This document shows, in pieces, positions 23,015-30,998 of a DNA stretch of 64,000 nt. Position 1 is the stretch's first letter, and the number at the start of each line of letters is the position of its first letter. The notes beneath the pieces are model-generated. The model saw only the letters and a list, made by a program, of their open reading frames with translations, was not told the DNA's origin and made no database searches. The DNA comes from Oculina patagonica. Lineage: Eukaryota. The translations under genes and the position numbers were made by a program. The stretch covers positions 3,100,001-3,164,000 of the forward strand of contig NC_135770.1 of NCBI RefSeq assembly GCF_052425735.1. Direction: 5' to 3'.

Positions 23015-24045
23015 GTTCGCTTGATATGTAGGGTCACGATCGTGTTGCCTTCGCCAAAATCCACCAGTTTACCTGTAGTCTCGCTCACTTGCGTTTCAAT
23101 AATGTCCACAATCTGGTTGCGGAGTGGAATATATTGTATGTGGAGAGGTTCAAAGTACTTGATACCTTTTCCTTCACGTTGAAAGTGAATTTCCCGCAAC
23201 AGATCCGTGACTTGATTTCCCACAACGGAACTACCACCCACATCTGAGTAAACGAAAAGCGTACGCGATGCATCTCCAATCACTTTTTGGAAGGCTCTGT
23301 TGAGTTTCACAAAGCGCCAGTTACAATAGCAACTCAAGAAAAGCTGTCCATTCTCAACAACCCAGAAATTTTTCTTGCCCTCTCCAAAATCATCCACGTC
23401 TATGGGATCGGGTATCGTAGCGTGGTGGCATTCCGGCTTCAGGTTCGGCCCGAGAAACACGTTTTCTTTCTCGTCCTTTTTTACCCATCCCATGTCAAAG
23501 GCCAAATCCTCGTTGAAAGACATGTAATATGGGACGCCTTCAGTTTTCACTTCCGAGACGTCCAAGTTCGAGTTGTCGAGGACTAGTTCTTCACCTTCCC
23601 ACTTGAACGTATATTCCCACTGCTTTCCATTATCGGGCGACTTGGTCAAGTCTCCCACGATACGCTTGTATTCTTTGACTTGATCGAACTTGAAGACCAG
23701 GGCTTTCATGAAACTGAGGCCATCCACGATGTTGTCGTCATATAGAATGTCCTGGAACGTCAGATCGGTGGTCACCGACTTGCTTTGCACGCGACCCTCC
23801 TTGTCTTTGCGCTTGAGCATCCACTGGGCACTCAAGAGAGGAAACTTGAACGACTTAAAGCGAGTTAAGTCGATGCTGGCATCTGGCACGGAAATGCTAC
23901 TCAATCCCACTTTCCAACCGGTTCCTTCCAATCGTAGCGGGTGAGGTAATCGCACCTTGAAAGAGTTTGCTCTATTCTCTGGAAACTCGGTTCCGCTGCT
24001 GTGACTGGGTAACGTGACCGTAAACTCCTGTCGGTCGTGGCTCAT
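23011..24045 (-). CDS. Minor capsid protein (penton, single jelly-roll)
   Basis: FTVTLPSHSS..FPENRANSFKVRLPHPLRLEG.WKVGL at the N-terminus; LFVYSDV..VVG...LLREI...YIPL...TIVTLHIKR at the C-terminus. Confidence 0.9.
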   Translation of the reverse strand: MSHDRQEFTVTLPSHSSGTEFPENRANSFKVRLPHPLRLEGTGWKVGLSSISVPDASIDLTRFKSFKFPLLSAQWMLKRKDKEGRVQSKSVTTDLTFQDILYDDNIVDGLSFMKALVFKFDQVKEYKRIVGDLTKSPDNGKQWEYTFKWEGEELVLDNSNLDVSEVKTEGVPYYMSFNEDLAFDMGWVKKDEKENVFLGPNLKPECHHATIPDPIDVDDFGEGKKNFWVVENGQLFLSCYCNWRFVKLNRAFQKVIGDASRTLFVYSDVGGSSVVGNQVTDLLREIHFQREGKGIKYFEPLHIQYIPLRNQIVDIIETQVSETTGKLVDFGEGNTIVTLHIKRT

Positions 24046-25121
24046 GATTTTTTTAGAGCCGTCTTCTCGATCCAGCTGTCGTACTTGTCTGGCCAGCCTT
24101 TCCAGTGCACCAAGACTTTATTTCCTTTTCGTTTGACGATCTTGTCCACCCTGAAGACATCGTCGTCGGACACTGCGACTTTTTGTAGATCTTCCTTGTA
24201 AAACGTACCGCGAAGGGGGGTGTCGTCCAACTCTTGGATCTTGTAAGTCGTGACGGGTGGTCCCCGACGCACCTCTCGTATCACAAACACTTCTTCGGTC
24301 CAGCCGGGTAAATACCCTTTCTCGAACGTGCGAAATTTCTTGTTCAATCTCACGCGTTCTCCCACTTTTAGCGGGGGTTTTCGTTCTCTTTTACCCGACG
24401 ACAATCTCTTCGCGTACAGACGTTCCCACACTTTTCCTTCGTTGCTCGCATTCACTGTCTCGGGGCTGGTGCCGATGCTACGATGGTGGGATCCGTTGTA
24501 ACCTTTCACCAAGGCCTGGAGTACAGGTAGGTAACTGAGCGTGTTCTTGGCGGTAAAGTATCGGTACATGCGTTCCTTGAGAGTGCGGTTGAAGCGTTCC
24601 ACGGTGCTGGCTTTGGTATCTCCGGCCGTGGAAAAGTGGTGGATGCCTTCCCGTTTCATCAACGCGGCAAACGTCTTGTTGTAAAATTCTTTCCCGTCGT
24701 CGGTCTGTAGGTTCTGAGGTTTGCGTCCATCGGCTCGTTTCAAAATCTTGGCAAAGGCGTCCGACACCGTTTTTCCCGTCTTGTCTTTTAGGGGTTCCAC
24801 CCAGGCATATTTAGACAAGACGTCGATCACGTTGAGTAGATATCTGTGACCCTTGTTGTATTTGGACAACGGTTGCGTTTCCACTAAATCGGCTACCCAC
24901 TGCTGGTCGACGTTAAACACCAGGACCGGTAACGTGGCGAAACGACGTCTGCGCGGTTTGTGAAGGGTATAACCCAAATCGCGCTCCAATACTTTTTTGG
25001 CTGTGTCGACGGATATCTTGTGCGATTTGGCGAATCTTGTTATCCCACCCAAGCTACCCGGTTGACTGGGATCGTGGTAGTCCGAAAGTATTTTTTCATC
25101 CTTTTTCAGCTTCTTTGGCAT
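24042..25121 (-). CDS. Retroviral-like (rve) integrase with C-terminal chromodomain
   Basis: DDE motifs WVADLV, QTDDGKEF and VERFNRTLK; GYLPGWTEEVF; chromodomain VDKIVKRKGNKVLVHWKGWPDKYDSW. Confidence 0.97.
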   Translation of the reverse strand: MPKKLKKDEKILSDYHDPSQPGSLGGITRFAKSHKISVDTAKKVLERDLGYTLHKPRRRRFATLPVLVFNVDQQWVADLVETQPLSKYNKGHRYLLNVIDVLSKYAWVEPLKDKTGKTVSDAFAKILKRADGRKPQNLQTDDGKEFYNKTFAALMKREGIHHFSTAGDTKASTVERFNRTLKERMYRYFTAKNTLSYLPVLQALVKGYNGSHHRSIGTSPETVNASNEGKVWERLYAKRLSSGKRERKPPLKVGERVRLNKKFRTFEKGYLPGWTEEVFVIREVRRGPPVTTYKIQELDDTPLRGTFYKEDLQKVAVSDDDVFRVDKIVKRKGNKVLVHWKGWPDKYDSWIEKTALKKS

Positions 25122-25417
25122 GTCGACGACGCTCTGACCACCCTCATATAAGTGCCGTGTAATTTATGAGCTGCCTCTTCGATCGTGGTCGGATGAAGTT
25201 TGTAAATAGAAGCAAACAGCTCGTCTGGATCCTTGAAATGTCTCAACCATAATATAAACGGTATCAATCTGAAATAGTTTTTTTCTATGTGAGTGGCTTC
25301 GAACACTCTCAAGGGGGAGTCACTTGTATCTTCCGGTATATCTATACCCCTCCCAAATTCAGCATACGCTTTCTCGCACAACCTTTTCAACCACTCCCAC
25401 TTTCCATACAGATCCAT
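25106..25417 (-). CDS. Polinton hypothetical protein (103 aa)
   Basis: ATG ORF overlapping the integrase start. Confidence 0.55.
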   Translation of the reverse strand: MDLYGKWEWLKRLCEKAYAEFGRGIDIPEDTSDSPLRVFEATHIEKNYFRLIPFILWLRHFKDPDELFASIYKLHPTTIEEAAHKLHGTYMRVVRASSTCQRS

Positions 25418-25443
25418 GACAAATGAACTTTTATTTCAAAACG

Positions 25444-26220
25444 TCAATTTAAATAGCCTGCATCAATAAATATGTTATCAAAAGATTTTGTACATGTTTC
25501 GCAACTTCTAGGTCTCCACAGTTTGGCTTTTTGGTAGTCGTCGCCCAGGTAAGCTTCGTCTTTATCCATGGCGCAACGGTTGCAGAGATCTCTGTCTAAC
25601 AGTCTATCCGCTATTTCTTGCCAGCGATTGCTTTCTAGGCGTTGCAATTTTACTTGAGTTGCCAGTTGGTTGCACAGTTCTTCGTACGTGTTTGCGTCGA
25701 CCGTGATGGGTTGTTTCAAGTAAGCAGACAATGTCTGGCTTAGGGCTACACTCGCTCTCAACGGGGCGATGAGATCTTCTAAACCACTCCGGTCGTCAAA
25801 GTCGCAGACGTTCGCGTTCAACCAGAACGAGACGCCGTTGCCAATGGGCGGCGGTTTGCGAGACCTCGCGAAGAAAAAGGTTCGCTGCAATGGCACGTAG
25901 ACAAATTCATTCCAATGTCTATCCCAGAGATAACCGTGCCCAATGTCTTTGAGGGTCGTTAGGACGGCTCCCTTCCAGTGAGGGTTCTCTTTGAGCCATT
26001 CACTTTCGGTGACGCGGTTTTTGGCACACCCGCGCTCTTTCACCATGTCCTCGAAGACATAGACTCTCCTTGGAATGTTTTCGGGTATGGTGGTGGTGGT
26101 GGGAAAGTCTAACGACAACACAGTGATTCCCGTGTCGGTCTGGATCTTTTTTTCTAGCTTTGTACAATTGGTGTAGAAGAGTTGTTGTTCCAGGTCCATC
26201 CAGTTTTCTCTCGTACCCAT
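25444..26220 (-). CDS. Accessory protein with coiled coil and CxxC-CxxC (possibly a divergent Bro-N-like segment)
   Basis: Likely start MGTREN, 1 nt after the upstream stop; CNRC...CETC; AATAAA at 25430-25435. Confidence 0.65.
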   Translation of the reverse strand: MGTRENWMDLEQQLFYTNCTKLEKKIQTDTGITVLSLDFPTTTTIPENIPRRVYVFEDMVKERGCAKNRVTESEWLKENPHWKGAVLTTLKDIGHGYLWDRHWNEFVYVPLQRTFFFARSRKPPPIGNGVSFWLNANVCDFDDRSGLEDLIAPLRASVALSQTLSAYLKQPITVDANTYEELCNQLATQVKLQRLESNRWQEIADRLLDRDLCNRCAMDKDEAYLGDDYQKAKLWRPRSCETCTKSFDNIFIDAGYLN

Positions 26221-26221
26221 G

Positions 26222-26497
26222 TCACTGCTCTTGGCTTGCTTCGGCCGAACCTTTGTGTAATGCACTCTCCAGATCACACATCCAATGCTCTTGACACTGC
26301 ATAAACGTGTAGCCGGCTTCCATGCCACGTTTCGCGCGCTCCAATAGGTAATCTTCGTCCGATTGATAATCGCCCCTTTTTAGATCCCTATAGTAAGGCA
26401 ATGGTTCCCAGTCCTTGGGATCTCCTTGTACAAAGACACCGTTGACTTGTGGGGTTTGAGTTTGAGTTTGGCTGGAATCGCTCTCTGTGCTTTCCAT
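26222..26497 (-). CDS. Small accessory protein, first ORF after the leftward TATA/Inr
   Basis: ATG just downstream of the Inr at 26504-26509. Confidence 0.6.
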   Translation of the reverse strand: MESTESDSSQTQTQTPQVNGVFVQGDPKDWEPLPYYRDLKRGDYQSDEDYLLERAKRGMEAGYTFMQCQEHWMCDLESALHKGSAEASQEQ

Positions 26498-26503
26498 CGC
26501 TAT

Positions 26504-26678
26504 AACTGAGTCGACAAATGGACGCGCAGCTCTTTTTATACGTTGGATGACGTCACCTGGGTCATTGCCGGTTGGTCGGAAGAGGTCACGTGTTACCTCT
26601 CTGGTTGGTTCGTGCGTATTGACGTCATCCGAGAGTAGAGTATAAAAGCGCCGTGTTGTCTCCTGTTAGTCCTCAGTT
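26504..26678. promoter_or_regulatory. Symmetric bidirectional Pol II promoter
   Basis: Inr(-) 26504-26509, TATA(-) 26533-26540, CRE 26548-26555, E-box 26585-26592, CRE 26620-26627, TATA(+) 26641-26647, Inr(+) 26673-26678. Confidence 0.8.
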
Positions 26679-26695
26679 GGAGCATCGAGAGCACC

Positions 26696-27604
26696 ATGGA
26701 CGTAGCAGAACCCAAAAAAAAGCGACAGAGGAGAGGGACTGGAAACCCCAAGAAACCCAAAGTCCCCCGTAAAAAGAGACATCCTACAAAGAAGAAGATG
26801 GAGTTGAAAGAGGAAGTGTTGGAGGAGGGTGAAATTTTCGACCCCGACCAGTTCCTACAACAGACCTTTGACGACACGGAGCGCGACCCGGTTTGCCCCG
26901 TCCACAAAGAACCGCTGACCAAGAGAATGACGGACGGGGGATGGGAGTTCTACTTTTGCCCCCACACGAGCGAAGGCACCATCTGTTTCATTTGCACCGG
27001 TAGCGCCCACATTGACCAGTACGTGGTGGCGGTCAATCAACAATTACCGGCTTACTATTATTGGAACATGGATAAGATGAAATGTTACTGCAACGAGAGT
27101 CTCATTCTGAGCATGTCGAAATCAGAGAGCAACCCGAACAGGATCTACCTCAAGTGCAGAAAAGGGAAATGTCGGTTCTTCCAATGGGCAGACAGTCTTC
27201 CGTTTGGCAAGATCAAAGCCTGGCTGGAAGGAAAGGAATATGTGGGAAACGAGGATCCCCTCTACTCGAGAAGGTCTGGACTGGACTCTAGGGACGAATT
27301 TGGATACCCCAGAAGAGGACAAGACGTGGTGGATAGACCGCAACGAATTCTGGATGGGAGACCCGCCTTCAAAGTACAACACTACCCACCCCCGGTCAAG
27401 GATTGGATTGGTGATCTTCCCTTGGACGAGTCATTGGTCAAACAGTGTCAAGAGCAAAAGTTTTGGGTGGATGGAGAAGGGAAAATTATTCTTCCCCCGG
27501 AATTGGCTGGCGTGAAGTACGACTCGGATGAAGAGAAAATGCTGAGAAATCAACTGTATCTGAGATGCATTTCCCAGAAACAATATCCTAATTTGGATCA
27601 TTGA
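26696..27604 (+). CDS. zf-GRF zinc-finger protein with basic NLS-like N-terminus
   Basis: CYCNESLILSMSKSESNPNRIYLKCRKGKCRFFQWAD fits zf-GRF; a second related finger reads CPVH...WEFYFCP...CFIC. Confidence 0.8.
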   Translation: MDVAEPKKKRQRRGTGNPKKPKVPRKKRHPTKKKMELKEEVLEEGEIFDPDQFLQQTFDDTERDPVCPVHKEPLTKRMTDGGWEFYFCPHTSEGTICFICTGSAHIDQYVVAVNQQLPAYYYWNMDKMKCYCNESLILSMSKSESNPNRIYLKCRKGKCRFFQWADSLPFGKIKAWLEGKEYVGNEDPLYSRRSGLDSRDEFGYPRRGQDVVDRPQRILDGRPAFKVQHYPPPVKDWIGDLPLDESLVKQCQEQKFWVDGEGKIILPPELAGVKYDSDEEKMLRNQLYLRCISQKQYPNLDH

Positions 27605-27684
27605 CCCCATGGCTTAAGAGATTTAGAGTTTAAACATTTTCATATATTTTCTACGTCAAGCATCAGAGTGCAGTTGGCTCTGGC

Positions 27685-28206
27685 ATGACTCCGGAAAACG
27701 TGTGCATGATCTTGGACTTGGAAGGTTACTTTGTGGAGAAGACGTTTCGAGTACGCGAGTTGGGTTATTACACTTGGCAAGAAAAGTTCGGACGCCATGC
27801 TTTCTACATGAGAATGTCGTGGTGCAACTTATCTTCCAGAGACAGGAAAACCGTGTCTTACGTCAAATACAACGTGCACGGACTGACGTATCAACCCAGA
27901 AAGGAAGAAAAGGCCTACGAGTATGACAGGGTGGAGGAGGTGATGTGGGATTTGTACGAGGAAACCAAAACCCCCGAGAGAACCGTGGTGGCTTACAAGG
28001 GAGGACACGTAGAAAGAGACTTGTTGAACAAACTGAACATTCCTAGCGTGAATTTAGAACTGTACGGATGTCCGAAATACGACGTGTTGAAAGAGACAAT
28101 TGTAGAACCTTTACCTAGTTGCGGTTTTCATCTAAACGAAGGACATTGTCCAATGACCGAATGTCATGCTTTCTGGTTATGGTACCAGACTTTTGTTGTT
28201 AAATAA
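27685..28206 (+). CDS. DEDDh-like nuclease of the arenavirus-NP/Maelstrom type
   Basis: ILDLEG...VRELG, AYKGGHVERDLL, SCGFH...GHCPMTEC; AATAAA overlaps the stop. Confidence 0.7.
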   Translation: MTPENVCMILDLEGYFVEKTFRVRELGYYTWQEKFGRHAFYMRMSWCNLSSRDRKTVSYVKYNVHGLTYQPRKEEKAYEYDRVEEVMWDLYEETKTPERTVVAYKGGHVERDLLNKLNIPSVNLELYGCPKYDVLKETIVEPLPSCGFHLNEGHCPMTECHAFWLWYQTFVVK

Positions 28207-28294
28207 ATTTAAGAATTGCTCCATGCCAAAACTGAATTACGAGAGTAATGGGATTCAATCGCTTAAAAAAACTTAACAACAACAACAAATACCG

Positions 28295-28995
28295 CACGCT
28301 AAATTATATTTTTTCGCGAACGGTGAAAATCACAACAAAGTCGATGACACTTGTGCTTAGAGTCCAAAAATATGAAATTTTCGGCTCAATAACATTCATC
28401 GAAATAATATCTTTTATGGTTGGACATCCTTTTTGATTTAAGGGCCGCAAAAAAAAAAAAAAAAACATTTGAACAACGGCCGAATGAACCACCTACAACA
28501 ATTATATTTTTAGCGGCCGGTGAAAAATCACAACAAACTCGTTGACACACTTGTTTAGGGTGTAAAAAATGTGAAAGAGTCGGCTCAATGACTTGCTTTG
28601 AGATTCACTATAATAATATCATTCATGGTTAGACGTCCCTTTGATATAAGGGTCGCAAAAAAAAAAATTATTCGAGAAAAATGCATTTGAACAACGGCCA
28701 AACGAACCTCACGCTAAAATTATATTTTTTCGCGAACGGTAAAAATCACAACAAAGTCGTTGACACACTTGTTTAGAGTCTAAAAATGTAAAAGAGTCGG
28801 CTCAATGACTTGCTTTGCGTTTTACTAAATTAATACCATTCATGGTTGGACATCTCTTTGATTTAAGGGCCGAAACAAAAGTTTTCCTCGAGAATAATGC
28901 ATTTGAACAAAGGCCAAATGAACTGCACGCTACAATTATATTTTTTCGCGACCGGTGAAAAATCACAACAAAGTCGTTGACACACTTGTTTAGGA
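28295..28995. repeat. Internal tandem array of ~195-220-bp units (3 full + 1 partial)
   Basis: Recurring AATTATATTTTTTCGCGAACGGTGAAAATCACAACAAAGTCG...CGGCTCAAT...CATTTGAACAACGGCC near 28295, 28491, 28711 and 28928. Confidence 0.85.
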
Positions 28996-29508
28996 TTTAC
29001 AACGTTTAAGCTTCACTTCTAGGTGGCTAGGTTTTATTTTTCTTTCTGAATCATAGTGGGATGTTCCCTCGATTTTGAGACCGCGAAAAGAAAAGATGAA
29101 GGCGTTTGAAGTTGTTGTTGTTTACGAAAGACAACGACAACTGCGCGAGCAATTTCGCTTAAAAGAATAATTCAGTCCACCAAAAACGACTTGTTTATTC
29201 GTAAAGTTCGGTTTCTTCTTTTTTTGACCATAAACACAATTGACCAAAAAACCTTGAACGAAATGAACGGGTCTAAAACCTTCTTCTTCTTTACTTTGCA
29301 CGGTTCATGATGGCCGCACGAACAAAAACAAACCACTCGTCAAAATTTACAACGTAACCAAATTTATTTTTCGCAGTGAATACAATTTATCAAACGCTCT
29401 TCGTCTTGTACAGTAGAGTATGGAGACATTAGCTCACCTTAAAGCTTATATCCTTCTTGAAAAGAGCTGTAATCCGACAAGAAAACTTCGTCCGTTTTTA
29501 CTGTACTT

Positions 29509-29865
29509 TTCCGAGAATGAACACACGCGGGTTCCTAGAATTCCGAGAATTCCGAGAAAGATTCTCCACGCGCGTGCGTCGGGATTTTTCCCTTGGGGGA
29601 AAATCCCGGGATTTTACCCTTGTGGGAAAATCCCGTCAGCTTGGGAGTTTACCCGTGTGGGGAAAATCCCGTCAGCTTGGGATTTTACCCTTGTGGGGAA
29701 AATCCCGTCACCTTGGGTGACATTGATCGTGAAATCTCATTGGTTCATTCTGTACACGTCACCTCGAAAAAGAATGGACCGAGTATTTAATTGGTTATAA
29801 TAAAAAGTAAATCTGATTGGTTAACTCTCTCTATATAACGCGAGCTCCGCTTGACTTTTGTCACT
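29509..29865 (+). promoter_or_regulatory. Putative pPolB promoter/enhancer: 4 GAS + 8 kB-like sites + 3 inverted CCAAT + TATA + Inr
   Basis: TTCnnnGAA at 29509, 29532, 29541, 29550; GGGAAAATCCC at 29597, 29624, 29660, 29696; GGGA(T/G)TTT(T/A)CCC at 29581, 29608, 29643, 29679; ATTGG at 29739, 29790, 29816; TATATAA at 29832; TCACT at 29861. Confidence 0.75.
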
Positions 29866-29900
29866 CGCAAACTTTGTTTGGTCTGAGCGCTCATCAAGAC

Positions 29901-30185
29901 ATGGAAAAAGAGAAGACTTTGGAGGAGCCTGGAATTGAGATGGAAGAACAGTTGGAGGAGCCTGGAATTGAGATACGAGACGAAGATGAAGAGGTGGACG
30001 TATTTGGAGACGATGAAAAGGAAGACGAACCTGTCAAGAGAGCAAGATTACAGGTTAGCACGTGGTTGAATTCATCGCTCGTTTGCAACGTAAGTTCTTA
30101 CATTGTGTTTTTGTTTTTGTTGAAGATTGAGAATGAAAAATCGCCGGCCACAACAAGCGGTGCTTCAAGCACTTCGGACGAAGAG
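29901..30185 (+). CDS. Putative exons 1-2 of pPolB (29901-30053, 30126-30185): acidic leader with NLS-like PVKRARL
   Basis: CAG|gttagc...ttgaag|ATT and GAG|gtaaat, both phase 0; splices in frame to the acceptor tttcaag|ATG at 30999. Confidence 0.65.
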
Positions 30186-30998
30186 GTAAATGGTTATTGT
30201 CCAATGAAATAAAAGAAAAATTTATTGGGAGGCAGACTTCATGCATGTGGATTTGAAAATCGATCACCAGTGAAGGAAAAGATGTGACGATTATAAACTT
30301 AACTGACCTGCGCATCATACTGTATTACAACGGCTATGTTTTCCGAGTAAAATGCAATGCTAAAATAAGAGAATGAACGATGTAATTATCATGGCAATTA
30401 TCAACAATGTTTGAAACTGCAAACGTCGTTAACAATATTAGACTAAATGCCTTTTATAGACATGCACAAAATCCTTACTCTACATCAATTTCATTTTTAT
30501 TCGCCACCTTTGATTTTGACGTCTTTCACATGTATGACGGGTGAATGAGATTTGGAAGGATCAGTTGAAGACAAAAAAAAAATGTGAAGTAAATTTTAAG
30601 TACTTGTTTGTGCAAGTAGTCGATTACTGATCGACAAGGTCGTAGTCATTTCATGGTTTAGGAGCCGACTACGTTCCTCCCTCCCTGCTTGCACATGCGT
30701 TAATGAAGATGCTTGATTGCAACAAACAACCCATCAATCATATCTGGCAATACCCAAGCCAATCAGAAGACCTGCTGTCAATCAAAATCTGTCAAACCTG
30801 TGAAATAGCTAGCATCTCGAGCCGGTATGTAATAGTCCGAATATAAACGTTGTGATCGGTTAGGTCGATAACATGTAATTCTCGTTTTTAGAATAAATTA
30901 AAAAAGAAGCGTGTTGGAAGAGTGCTGGTGACTGGTATAGATAAAAAACGTGCATTGTTTTTACCATCCATTTATTGCTTTGTTTTCTTTGTTTCAAG

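Noticed and set aside
26222-26497. MQCQE as an Rb-binding LxCxE oncoprotein motif
   Set aside because: It does not match the consensus and is too short to support by eye.
29532-29565. Heat-shock element
   Set aside because: Spacing is TTC-N3-GAA (STAT type), not the nGAAnnTTCn phasing required for HSF.
29581-29716. 36-bp periodic repeats as a CRISPR array, or as coding ORFs (29420-29800, 29457-29720)
   Set aside because: The units are whole tandem repeats without unique spacers; there are no cas genes and the context is eukaryotic. The ORFs are just translations of the motif cluster.
30892-30927. Extra pPolB micro-exon (NKLKKKRVGRVL)
   Set aside because: The acceptor is plausible and phase 0, but the donor (gtgact) is weak; it needs RNA evidence.
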